Source: an uncultured virus (IMG/VR IMGVR_UViG_3300028833_000149) (Duplodnaviria; Heunggongvirae; Uroviricota; Caudoviricetes). Taken from it: 20,000 nucleotides of DNA. The translations under genes and the position numbers were made by a program. This document shows positions 1 to 12,928 of the stretch, in pieces (position 1 is the first letter of the stretch; each line of letters begins with the position of its first letter). The stretch is from IMG/VR virus record IMGVR_UViG_3300028833_000149, positions 53,005-73,004 of that record; one strand, written 5' to 3'. The notes beneath the pieces are model-generated. The model ran no database searches. It saw only the letters and a program-made list of their open reading frames with translations, and was not told the DNA's origin.

Positions 1-3000
1 TAATTGCGGAGCCATATCCTTTCAAATTACAATAAATTGTTTATCAATAGTTTGATTTATAATAGGAACGTATGCTGTATTAATATCAACATAACTAAAA
101 TTCTTATTTTCATCATAAACTGGGAATATTACAGAGAAATGGTTTGTCACTTTTTCTTCTTTTATTCTTCAGTCACTAGGAACAAAGATATCGCATAATA
201 AACTTGCTGCATAAGCCTCATTTCAATATAATTGAAGGTTTGACTCAATTAGCGCCGCACGTTCTCTCATTGGGACTAAGTTATTACCAGTATCCTCAAT
301 AGTATATTTGTATCAGAAATCTCCATTGGTAGCATTATTAAGTGCTACTCCATTAGATTGAATTGTTACTTCATATTTAAAATCTCCATAAGGACCATAA
401 CCGTGTAATTCATGAGGTTGATTGTCATCTGGTATATTAGATATATCCATATCATAAGCTATTATATCTGGAGTTATTGATTCACTATTATAACGATATA
501 AACGAATAGTCTGACTTATAGTTTTATCAAATACATCATAATTATATGTTTGATTAGTTTTATATAATAAGTTATTGAAAATTTGATTTATAGTATAAAC
601 TCGTTCATCTTGATCATTATACAATTCATATGTGTTATCTAATAAATGAGCTTTTAAATCATATCCAATTGATGATGGAGAAACTTTAACATTTTCTTTA
701 ATATAATATAAATTTTTAACTATATCAGTTTTATCATATTCTTTAGTTATATTAAAACTTCGTCCATTTTCATCACATAACTCACTTGTAAAAAACTCTT
801 TAAAAGAAGATGCTATATTTTCAACGACTCCATTTAAAATCAAATATATTACATAATTATATTCATCATATTCATCATCTGCTTTAATTCTACTTCCAGA
901 AAGAAATTCTCCTTCTTTTATTATATCATAATCAGTATATTCATTTAAATTATCTGGTCATGTATAATTAGGAAACGTGTTTTTGTATATTATTAAATAG
1001 CTTAAATCATCTTCAAGTGTGTTAAAAGTTGTTTTCTTTATATAAGTTTTTGTTTGTCTATATGTATAATTTTTAAATTTACTACCTTCCTCACCTTTAC
1101 CTTTAGCATTAAAATCTGCGGCAATATTACCAAAAGTGTATGCTAAAAATTCACTAGGATCATTTCCATCTACTGGCTTTGTTGTATAGAAAAACAAATA
1201 AGGGAAATCACTAATAAAATCTTCATGAAGTTCAGTAAGGCTTTCAGCTACCTTCGCAGTATCATCAACACTGCAATAAGTTCCGTTTCCTGCTAAATTA
1301 TAGTCGCTTGCATTATTGTTTTTATTAGATATCCTTGTATAGAAATTTTGATAATTAGTATTAGTAACTAATTGCATTTCTTTTCCATTTTTATCAAAAA
1401 TAGATGCTAATGGATATTCTTTTATGTAAAGTGAATCATTTTTACCTTTAGGACTAATATATGGACTATATTGTTTAAAAACTCTATCACTATCTTGACG
1501 ATGTGTAGGTGTTTTAGTATATCCACCTTGAACTAGAATATATTCTTTTCAATCAAGAATAGGAATTTGAGTTCAAGACAATAAACCTGATACAATATAC
1601 CATGACATAGTTTGGAAGTTATTAATTATACCTCAACCAGGATAATTTGTATGACCACTTAATTCATCTGGTCCATAATATGTTCTATTGGCAGTTTTAG
1701 GTTCAAAAGTACTATTAGTTTCAATTATTAAACTATCATTGTTATAAAACAAATCAGTTAAAGGTAAATTTTTAAATTTTTTATGAGCTTTAACATTTAA
1801 TGTATTACGATTACGATATAAGTAGTTTCTTAATATTTCAGAAGGGCTAATTTCTTGATAAAAAATATTTTTATTTTTAGAAAAATCTATTGTACCATCA
1901 ATCTCATTAAGTCCTTCTCTATCTTTATAAATTATATTATCTAATGCTATATCACTTTCTTGCTCAATTTTTTGTCCATTTATAACTATATAAGTTTCAT
2001 TTGATGAATAGAAAGTTGCATCCGCAAAAGGTCTTCCATCTTCATATAATTTGTTAAAGATTATATAATTTGAATCTCAATCATAGAATTTTCCAGTACA
2101 CCAATATTTATTATTATCACCATTATACTTAATATAAAAAGAGAAGAAAGTATTAGCTTCAGTTACTAATGTATGATCTAAGTTTTCAACATCATTAAAA
2201 CATATATTTAAGAAATCTTCTTTTTTTATAAAGCATACTTCACGTAAATAATTTATATCTTTATTATAATTATCTTCTGAACCGGTTTTTTCTAAAATAT
2301 CTTGATAACAATATACATTTATATCTTTATAATTGTTTTCAGTTAGTAAATGACTATCTTTATTAAAAATTGTATGTTGAGTATTGTTATAATATAGTTG
2401 AATATTATTATAATCCTTTACTCGATGTTCTTCATCGAAAATGAAGAAATTGCTATAATTATTTACAAAATCACTAGATAACATAGCATATTTGTCTTCT
2501 CTAAATGGCTCAAAATAATAGAAATTCTTTCTGTCATTACCTGAATCATTTTTAATATCAATAACAACGTGATAGTAATTATTATATAGCGGATCTAATG
2601 GAGTTTCAAAGTATTTTCTAAAATTATATAAATTTTTTAAACATCTTTGTCTTGCATCTAAATATTTTCTCATATAATCTGAAGTTGTTCCATATAAATC
2701 CATAAAAGTAGATGATAGATAAGAACCTTTTATATCTGTTTGAGATGCGTCTGTGGCGCCGCTAATATTAGATTGAAGTAAATTCCATCTTTGAAGTAAA
2801 TTATCCTTATCATAAGATTCAGCTTTTCCTTTTTTCTTATAAATGTCTTCTATGCTTGATACTTCAGCTCCAACCATATCTATATTATTAGTCATTTCCG
2901 CTATATATTTTGTTTGTGAATGTAATCTACTATAATAATTCTCTGCATTTAGTAATATATCAGAATTAATTTTTCTTAAATCATTATAAATTCTATTATT

Positions 3001-4569
3001 AATATCTTTTTCTTGAATCTTAGATAATAACCCTGCATTAATAAAATAGTTAAAATCAATCAATTTATTCTCTAATCAAGGAAGTTGATCCGCGATTCGT
3101 GCAAATTGTATATCTTCATCAGAATATTCTACTTTAAAGAATATAGAAATATCGTAATCTTTCAAATCACTATAATCAGCAAAATCATTTTCATTTTTTA
3201 CTGATATAATAATATTTGAACCACTTATTTCCATAGAAAAATTAGAATTATCTGGTGTTATAATTTTTAAATCACCAAAAATAGTACTAAATTGAATTTG
3301 ACTAACAGTGTTTTGTGTTTTAAAAACTTGTAAAGGATATAGTTTAAATAAGTTAATTTCTTCATTAGATAATGTATATGAAGTAAATTTTATACCAATA
3401 ATTCTATTGTTTTTTCTTATTAATGTAAAAGTTCCATTTGGTTTGGTTAATCTATACTGTGGTCCGTATAATATGTTTGTATACATTCCAGTATAATATT
3501 TACTAAATTTTCTTCAATAAGTGCTATCAAAATAAGTTATGAAAAAAGGACTTACTTTTGGTAAAGCAGTTATTACTTCATCAGAACTTAATGTCCTACT
3601 ATTTATATTTAAAACAGTTACTAATGAATCGGCTTGTTGAGATAAACTAAAAGTTTTTATATTTCTAAAAGGAGAATATTGTAATCCATTTACCATATCT
3701 TTTTTAGAAGGTTCAAATCAGAAATATGTTACTAATGTAATAAAATTACTCATATTTTCTGGTTCAAGTAATACAGTAGCAGTATTTAGTACCATACCTA
3801 TTTGTTCGCCTAATGATATTAATGCGCCATTTGCAGTTGTTGATGAACAACTAAAAGGTATAGTTTCATATAAATCTGCATTTTTCATAGTATTTGAATA
3901 ACTATTTTTTAATGTTTTTACTATTTTTTTATTTGAACTTTTTCTTGCAGTTGTATTTATTACAGTTCCATCATCACACAAATATAGAGGAACTTCTAAT
4001 TTTAAGTATTTATATGATATTTTACACTCATTAACAATCTTTTCTGTCCAATTGTCAATATTTAATGCACCAATAAAATCTTTTGAATTTATATCATTAT
4101 TTATTGTATATCCATCACTTTGTTTTGCTAATTGATAAGAGAAACTATCTTGACAAGTAAAATTATAAACAATGTTATTTTCAGTTATTGTATATGTGAC
4201 ACTTTTTACTGAAAATAATATTTTATTATTATAACTATATTCAAGTAATAATTGACTACCAATTTTAATTTTAGATGCGAAAGGATTATCTTTTCAAGTA
4301 TCATCATCTAAAATCATCTTATCAAGAGAAAAAGTTAAATCTTTTTGAGCTTGTTGGTGGATATTTAATTTTTCATTATAAGTATAAGTTTTTGTATATA
4401 TATTAGTTAAATTATCTTTTAAATTTTTTGTGTTATTTTCTTTTTCATATTGTAATAAGTCTTGATTAACATTATTACTATAAAATTCAGATATAACATT
4501 CTTAATATACTTATTAAGATTATCTTGGTCATATGCTTTTGTTAATAAGCTTAATTTAAAATATGCCAT
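1..4569 (-). CDS. Large tail-tip/baseplate hub (Tal-like) protein, >1523 aa, runs off the window edge; code 4
   Basis: Start ATG at 4569 with an AGGTGG SD. Seven track ORFs (4294, 3718, 3514, 3076, 2077, 958, 313) share one frame. Reading the gaps by hand gives no TAA/TAG down to base 1, only 13 TGA (4294, 3718, 3514, 3076, 2077, 1633, 1573, 1549, 958, 313, 223, 169, 22). Function is inferred from its position after the TMP and Dit-like genes and its hub-like N-terminus (LTFSLDKMILDDDTWKDNPF). Confidence 0.75.
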
Positions 4570-4580
4570 AAAACCACCTT

Positions 4581-6275
4581 CTAACTAAATATTATTTCAA
4601 AATTTTCTTCTATTGTTGGTGTACTTTCATCTCTATTTCAATTAAGACGAACTTGAAATTCACTTTCTTGTGCAGGTCTTTGATATGTAATAACATCTGC
4701 AATTAAATCTTCATATGAATTATCATCAGAATCTTTGAATACTGATTGAGTAACAATTGATGAATTTCCTTGCCAACGTTGATAACGAGGATTGTTTGGT
4801 TCGTTTTGCGGAACAAATGTGTCATCATTTTGTTTAACTTGTAGGTTAATATTATTATAATCAAAAATTGTTCCAGACTCAAAAGCGTCATTTCTATATC
4901 TTATTTTATAATCATAACCACTATTTTGTGAATGATAATAATATCTAGGAGCCATAACCGCAATTTGTATTGCATATGATAAACCAAAATCTAATTCATC
5001 ACAAGGAACACAATTGTAAATAATTACAGGGTCTCCATCCTTATCAAATCCTCCTATAAAATTCCAATTATAATATTGAGCAAGTGCGGATTCAAATATC
5101 ATAAAATGAGATACAGAAGGAATCGAATTTCTATCTAACTGATATTGAATATATCTATCAAAATAATTAATATTATCTTCTTCGTCTATTCAAACTGAAC
5201 GTCCATAAAATGCTGATTGATTTTTCCAATATTTAAAATATCAAATATCACTTTTTCTATTTAATACATATTGGTCTGTATTATATGAATAATAAATGTT
5301 TTCTCCATCTGTTCATACATATGCGCCATTAAAATTTGTTAAACCATTTCAAGTTTTTTTAGACCAAGTTGAAGTTGATTTGTCTAATACATATTGAGTA
5401 AGACCATTTGAATAATAAATATTATCTCCGTCTCTTCAAATTGCTCCACCACTAAAATTTGTTAATCCACTTCAAGTCTTATTTGTTCAGTATGGTTCTG
5501 GTTCTTCATCATCATTTACAATTAAGACTTTGTGTTTACTTGAAAGAGAATAATATATATTTTCACCATCTGTTCATATATCTGTACCATAAAAACTAGT
5601 ATCATCTAATCCAGTTCAAGTTTTTTCCTTTCAAGTTAAATCTACTGGATCTAATTTATATTGATAAGTACCACTTGAATAATAGGTGTCTTTACCATCT
5701 GTCCATATATTATATCCTTGTCCTTGTAAAGTACCGCCGCCTTCTACAGCTCATTCTTTAACTATTCATTTGCTTGTTGTTTTATCGAACATATAACTAT
5801 TTCTACCATTTAAATAATAAGTATTATTGTCATAAGTTCAAATACAAGAGCCGTTACTAATAGGTAAATCAATTGTATCTCTTATAAATCATCTAGATTC
5901 TAAATCATAAGCATCTTTTTTATAAATTGATGCACCTATATTCAAAGTCTCACTGTAATCTGCACCATATTGATATACATGAGTTGTTCTATTTTTAAAA
6001 CCTCATCTAAAAAATAACTTATAAATATCAATAGCATCATTTTCATTTTCATTAATTATGCTATCTTCTGTAATAACTGTATCATCTTTCTTAATAAAAG
6101 TATAAGTATTATCGTTATTCTCATTATATCCCAATAGTCTTCATTCAGGATTATAATAATGTAAATATTCATATAATGAATCAATACTATTTTCTAAAGA
6201 CAAAATATATTCTTTGTGAATTGCTTGTCTTTGTTGACTTAGAGGCCTTTGAACTGTAATATTAAAAAATTTCAT
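4581..6275 (-). CDS. 564-aa tail protein with six Trp-rich repeats (predicted beta-propeller; candidate receptor-binding protein); code 4
   Basis: ATG at 6275 overlaps the upstream stop (TAATG). The frame is open to TAG at 4581-4583 with 17 TGA and 5 TGG, and it includes track ORF 4638..5102. The ORF is certain under code 4; function is inferred. Confidence 0.7.
5131..5925 (-). repeat. About six degenerate tandem 40-46 aa coding repeats, consensus QYvLD.....W..KtW.gl..f.G..iWtDGeniYYS
   Basis: Examples are QYKLDPVDLTWKEKTWTGLDDTSFYGTDIWTDGENIYYS and QYVLDKSTSTWSKKTWNGLTNFNGAYVWTDGENIYYS. Nucleotide similarity is also visible (GGATTAACAAATTTTAGTGG vs GGTTTAACAAATTTTAATGG). Boundaries are approximate. 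Confidence 0.9.
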
Positions 6276-7000
6276 TATCTCACCCTCATAACAATATCAC
6301 TAAAAATAGGTTCGCTCGTATTAAAATATTCAATTTTAACTACAATTTCATCTTCAACATCATCATAAGTCCATTTTCAATTAGCATAAAATTCTTCATA
6401 CCCTGATTCTGATTTAATATAAAATTTAATTAATGGTTTTAATATTGATATTCCATCAATTTTCACACTTGAAAAACGCTTTATAAGATATGTTGGATTT
6501 TGTTCTGGACTTGGTGTAAAACTACTAATAGGTTCATCTAATAGATAAGCAGATTGTGATGTATCTATTTTTATAACACTCTCTATCGAACCTTCCTCAG
6601 GAGTGCTATTATATGTATAACTTAATTTTAATTGGTCATTGTCAGTATCATAAGTAATTGTTGGTTGATAAATACCTTTATTTTCAGCAGGTATATATAA
6701 TAAATTGCCATCTAATTGCTTATAAATTACATCTCCACGATAATATGTATCTTTACCATTAGTAATAGAATTTGCATTAACAATAGCGGATTCACCTATA
6801 TTTAATAATGCTAATTTTGAAGTAATATCACTATCACTTAATAATACTTGTGTAACATTGTATATATCTCAGAAGGAAACTTGTCTAGTAACATTTTCTA
6901 ATTTATCATATAATTTATTTAAAGCTTCTTTAATATCGTCAATTTCTTCAAATTTTTGTGTATTATAAAATTGAGTTTCTGTATGTTGTAAATTACTCAT
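6275..7000 (-). CDS. Hypothetical tail-region protein, 241 aa (MSNLQHTETQ...DIVMRVR); code 4; absent from the ORF track
   Basis: GAGGTG SD followed by ATG at 7000. Two in-frame TGA (6869, 6377). TAA at 6275-6277. It exactly fills the gap between neighbouring genes. Confidence 0.8.
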
Positions 7001-7010
7001 ATAATCACCT

Positions 7011-8150
7011 CTACACTAAAATAGCTTTTGCTCTACCATATGATACTGCTTTTATTTTACTATCTTCTGATAATGGAGACAACTTATAAAACTCTCAATA
7101 TAAATATATATCTCCAACTTCTTCATTCTTATTTACTTTCATCTTAGTAGTTTTCATATCATTAACCATTAAATCTCCATAGGTATTAGTTAATAATAAA
7201 TTTAATACTTTATAATCTGAATCTCCATATTGTAAAAATACCAATCCTGAAGTCGAATCATACTTAATTGAAATAGTTCTATCTAATTGATTAAAAGAAG
7301 TTGGTTCGCCATTTATTTGTTCTGTATCTTGCCAATTTTCAGTTTGCGGCATAAAATCTACTTCACATAATAAATCACAGTATTTTGTAACTTTATTTGC
7401 AGTTTCAGTATCTACTATTTCATTAACATCTGGTCCTATGTATAAACGTAATGATGGATAAGCATTAGTACTGGTATCTCCAGTAAAATAGAAAGACACT
7501 TCACTAACTATTCCAAAAGATAATTCTGAAAATGGTAATAAATCACTTGGTAATAAGCCACTAGAATTTTTTGGTAATCCAAGAATATAATAAGTATTAA
7601 CGTTACCATCAGTAATATAAGTATCTGTTTGAGTTCATACATATTGTCTTTGAGCTAATGCACATTGTTCTCCTTGAATTTCAAAAGTAATTGTATTTTC
7701 AGCCATATATAAATCTTTACCATTATCAACACCAATTACGGTTTTTACGGCTTCTTTCATACCAGTAGTCTTTGCTAAATAACATAAATTATTATCATAA
7801 GCAAAAGAAAGATAATCAATTTCATACGGACCTAGTGCCGCAATTAAACTACGATATTCTTCTGCGGTAACTCCATAAGTACAAATAGTAAAACTTACTT
7901 GCATTCTACTGAATTTTACGCCTGTTAAATTACCCATTGCGTGATCATATTGTGGTGAACTGTACTCATTAGAGAAGGAAGGCCCATTAACAAACTTAAG
8001 GGCACTTCCGTTATTTGTAATAAATGTATGATATGTATCTCACATATCTTCACCACGCCAATAAAATTTAGCATATTTATCAAGTCTACGACCAAGATAT
8101 TCTTGTTGCTTTTTTATTGTATTAACTTGTGAATAACTTTTTGTACTCAT
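7011..8150 (-). CDS. Putative distal tail (Dit-like) protein, 379 aa; code 4
   Basis: GAGGTG SD followed by ATG at 8150. It joins track ORFs 7635..7937 and 7095..7499 through TGA at 8040, 7635 and 7095, and ends at TAG 7011-7013. The Dit call comes from its position directly after the tape measure gene. Confidence 0.6.
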
Positions 8151-8161
8151 TATAACACCTC

Positions 8162-11100
8162 TTATGCAGATACATTTATACCACTTTGAATTATTGCGGC
8201 GATAATTGCATCTTTCAAATTACGTCCTTGCATTTCATTTCCACTTAATTGAATTACTTGGTCACCAATATTTAATGTTAAATTTCCACCTGTATCATTA
8301 ACGCTAATTTGACTTGAATCAATATTAGATACTTGACTACCAAAAGTAGCAAAGAAATTATTTAAGTCTAATTGCGCTTCATTCGCTGTTTTTGCTAAGA
8401 AACTGTCTGAAGTTAAGAAACTTGCTAATAATTCTTCACTTTCAGTTCCTCTTAATAAATTTAATAATTCTCTGTTATTTGCTAAAAGCTCATCGAATTT
8501 CTCACTAATCTCTGAAATTGAATCTTCAATATTTTGAATAACTGCTTCTTGTGCACGTTCACGTAAAGTATTTAATCTTTCTTTTTCTAATTCAGCAAAA
8601 GAATTTGTAAGTTCTTCTATTTGTGCTTTTGAAGACATACTTGTAGAACCAGCAAGTTTAGTTAAATTAGATACGAATAATTCTGCTTTTTCTTCATACT
8701 CTTCATCTTCTTGAGCTTGATTAATTGATTCAAAATATTTTTGATAAGCATCTTTTCTTTCTTCAAGAGATTTAGTTAAAGCATCTTGTTCTTCTTTAAG
8801 AAGTTCCTTATACGCTTCAATACGCTTATTTTCTTGTTCAACTAAAGTTTCTAAATCTACACTGAAGAAATCCTTACTTTCTAACTCTCTCATTTGTTGC
8901 TCTAAATATGTGACTAATGCCGCATTATATTCAGAGCCTTTTCTTGCCCTTTCAACTTCTCATTCTGCTCTCAATTCGTCAAGTTGTCTTTTTCTATTTT
9001 CTTGTAAAGTTTTATTTGAAGCAAGAGCTTGTTCAATTTGTTGATAATCTTGTGAGTTAAAAGCAGCTAATAATCTTTCTCCATCTTTACCTGAGAATAA
9101 CTCTCCATGCTCACTTAAGAATGTTGTCTTATCAGTCTCTGTCATAGTAGACCATTTTGATGCTGTTTCATAGAAACTTTTTACTGAATTTGTTAATTTA
9201 TCTACATTTTGTCCTATATTTTGAATACCAACTTGAATTGTATTACCAATTTGATTTAAAATTACATTATATGCTTCATCATAATCTTCCAATCCAGATA
9301 ATATTCCACCAAAAGATTCTTTCATTGCCATAGTAATGTTGCCATTATTTGCTGCAAGAGATTTAAAGAATGTGTCTGATATTATATTTTTATATTGTTC
9401 TTCAGATAATACTTCTTCAAGTTGTCCACTCACGCCTTGTTCTTTTAAGGTACGTAAAATTGATTGATATCCAGTATATAAATCATTTATTTCTTCATTA
9501 GTAATATTTAATTTGTCAATTAAATCTAATGCAGAAGCTCCCATTTGTTCAAATACATTAAACTCTTTAAATGCAGTAGAAATTGCTTTAAATTCCTCTG
9601 AAAATTCTCCTAAAGAATCTTTTAACATAACAAATGCTTCTGTTCTCTCTTTTAAAGATAAACTTTCATCTTGAAGGATATCCGCGGCAACACTTCCATT
9701 TATTTTTATAGAAGCAATTTCTTTTAATATATCTCTTATTTTAGTTGAATCTTTTAAAAATTCTTTTAACGTCTCATCTGAAACTGATTCAATGATTTTT
9801 TCCATCATTGTTCGTCTTGAAGTTTTTTCAACACTTGTTAAAGACGTGTCTTCATCTAAATAAGAATATAATGATTGTTTTGCTATAGTACGAGCACTTA
9901 ATCTATAAGAAGCATTTTCTTTTCAATCGTTAGAATTTGTCCTTAAAAGTACACCAGATAATTTTTCTCTATCTTCTCTTAATTTTTCATCTAATAATGT
10001 TTGATAATATTTTAAATATTCTTGTTTCTCACTATCATTTAAACCTTCATAATAGTCTTTTTCTGACATTGATAAAGAAGTATCAAGATTTTCTTCTTTA
10101 ACTGAAGATAAATTATCTGCAACTTCTTTTAAACTATCAGAAAGTTTTTGTGCGTCATCACTAGTTTTTATTAATTTATTATCTAAGTCTTCAATACTAC
10201 TAACTGCAGTTTTAATACTTTCTGCTCTTTTAGTTAAATTATAAATTTCAGCATTAATTTCATTCATTTCATCTTCTGCTGATTCACTACTACCTGCTAT
10301 CGATGCAGCTATTGCAACACCAATTAATGAAGCAAGTATTGCAGCACCAACTACTCATCCCGCAGCCATAGTAGCACTACCTGCCATTTTTCAAGCAGTT
10401 TTTGCTCTTTCTAATCCAACAGATTTTTGTAATTCAGCATTTTCTTTCTTAGTATATATAATTGCAGCATTAATAGCTCTTGCAATTAATTTTCAAAGAC
10501 CTCATACAGCTAAAATTGGAGCAGCTAAACCAAGAACAGTAGATTTTAAATTATCTACTAAATGTTCTTGACTTTCTAATAATGATAATTGTTCTCCATA
10601 TGATTCAGAAACTGCTTGAGTTTGTTCATACTTTAATTGTTCTGCTTTGTAATTGTTAAGTTGTTGCTCTTGTATTAATATCTCTTTATCTAATTCTTCA
10701 GTAGATTCTTTATTTTCTAATGCTTGAAGTCTTTGTTTTTTTAATTCTATTAAATAATCTTCTGTTTGTGTAATAAGTCCCTTACGTTTTTCGTAATTTT
10801 CTTTTTGAGACATAATATAAGCATCTGCTTGTATCTTTTTTCTTTTTAATTCTATTTTAGCTTCTTGTTGTGTATACTGTAATTGTAACTTTGCTATTTT
10901 TGCTTGTCTCATTTTATTGCCTAACATAGTCACAGCCACACCAGCAAGCACAACTGCAAGTGATACTAAAACCCATTCCTGACTAAGAATTTGATTAAGA
11001 AGATTTAATACACCAGTTACTTGATTAACTAAAAATACAATAAAATCACTATTACTTACAGTTGAAATAATTTTTTCCCAAGAAGTAGCTAATCTATTTA

Positions 11101-12901
11101 AAGCAGCTTCTAGTCCTTGAGTATAAGTCGCCATTTGTGCCATTGTAGCACCAGCTGAACGAGCAGATATTTCTTGTAATTCAATAACTCTTTCGTAATC
11201 ACTCATCATTGCAATTAAACGTGATTGTTGACGAGTACCTGCCAATGCTTTTGCAATAGCAGCTTGTTGATTAGAATTTAATGAATCCCATTTTTTACCC
11301 AAATCATCCAACACATCTTCAGTAGAACGTAAATCTCCATTAGCGTTTCTTAACTGAATACCTACATATTCTAATTGACTTTCAACATTATTTAAATTAA
11401 TACCATCTTCAAGCGTTTCACCATAGTCTGTAATTTCACGCATACGCGCAATAACTGTCTTTAACGCAGTACCTATAGTTTCTGGCGCTTCACGTGTTGT
11501 TTCAAGACCTTTAGCAAGTAACGCAGTAGTATAATCAATTGACATACCTGCTAAATTAGCTTGAGATGCAACCTTACTTAATGCTATCGCAATTTCCTCA
11601 TAAGATGTAGCGGCATTTGCTGATACTGCTGCAAACTTATCTGAAACAATCATAGCTTGATCAGTACTTAGTCTAAAACCATTTAATGCAGTAGTTAAAT
11701 AATTAATTGAATCTGAAGTGTTAATTGCAGCAACTTTTGCGGCAGAAATCGCAGCTTTAGCAAGTACTAATGCATCTTCAGTACTTTTACCTTGACGTAC
11801 GAATTCTGTTACGGCTGCTGATACTTCTTTTGTTGTACCACCAATTTCAATAGCTAAATCTTGATAACTTTTTAATAGTTGATAAACTTCTTTACGAGTT
11901 TTACCAGTAACCATCGCTTGTTCAGTTAAAGATTTATCCAAGTCTATTACTGTACTTCTAACTTCACTCATCGCTCTACGAACTAATCTTAACCCAACAG
12001 TTCAAAGACTTAATTGCTTAGTTAATTTTCCTATAGATGAAGCAGAATTAGAAATACTCTTAACATTTGTATCAAGAAGAGTTGATTCTCCATTAAGTAT
12101 AGTTTGATTACGCTCTGATTCATTTAAATTATTATACATATTTTGAATATCAGTTGAAGTGTCATGTAATGCTGGATTTACAACTGTATTTCTATATGCA
12201 TCATCGCTATCTATTTTATTTTTCTTTTCAAATTGTCTTCTTTCTTTAATTGCATCTTGTGTCTCTTTTAATTTATTACCGTATTGTTCTATATCTTTAT
12301 TAGCTTTATCTTGCTCTTCAATCGTTTCATTATAAGTATTAATAAGTTCCTGTAATTTTGATGTAAAAGTTTTATTAAGAACTCTACCATCTTTTATTTG
12401 ATTACCTTCTGAATCGTAATAAGTTAATTTATCAAAGCCTGTTTTTGCTACAGTACTTAATCTTTTAAGATCATGCCCTCCATTTGGACCTTTTACTGAA
12501 ATACCTTTAGTTGATAAAAGATTAAAAAATTCTTCGTCTTTATTTTTTAATTTAACAGTTGTTTTAGATTTTGTTGCTTTCGCTTCATCAATCTTTTTGG
12601 TATATTCATCTTCTGATTCATATAATTTTTGCATTTTTTCAGTAACTGTCGTCGCATTCTTAGATACTTTTTCTAGTATCTCTTGAACTTGTTTAAAAGC
12701 GTGATTGAATTTATCTAAATCACTTCTTGACATTTCAGTCTGTTTAGCAAGTTCTTGCATTTCTGATATATATGCATTAAAATTATTTATTGATTTTTCA
12801 GATGGAAAGGCATTTTTTGCTATTCCTTGTTTTCCAGCTTCACTTAAATTTTTAACATCAGTTTCAATGGAGCCATCAACTTTTATTTTTAATTCTGCCA
12901 T
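8162..12901 (-). CDS. Tail tape measure protein, 1579 aa, with a TP901-type core domain; code 4
   Basis: Five track ORFs are in one frame, joined by 7 TGA (12002, 10502, 10493, 10391, 10355, 9923, 8960), and end at TAA 8162. It carries typical tape-measure motifs (ETTREAPETIGTALKTVIARM, KWDSLNSNQQAAIAKALAGTRQQSRLIAMM), long coiled-coil stretches and hydrophobic segments. GAGGTG SD. Confidence 0.93.
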
Positions 12902-12928
12902 CTATCATCACCTCTATGGCAATTAAAA

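Noticed and set aside
5131..5925. TGA as Gly (code 25) or as selenocysteine
   Set aside because: TGA aligns with TGG in equivalent repeat positions, not with Gly or Cys codons. Seventeen Sec codons without evident SECIS hairpins is implausible.
5131..5925. CRISPR array or diversity-generating retroelement TR/VR pair
   Set aside because: The repeats are degenerate, in frame and conserved at the protein level. There are no identical direct repeats with spacers, no adenine-specific mismatch pattern, and no cas or reverse transcriptase gene in the window.
5103..7094. Large non-coding region possibly holding an ncRNA or origin, as implied by the gap in the ORF track (likewise 1378-2076 and 15088-15840)
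   Set aside because: These regions are essentially all coding once TGA is read as Trp.
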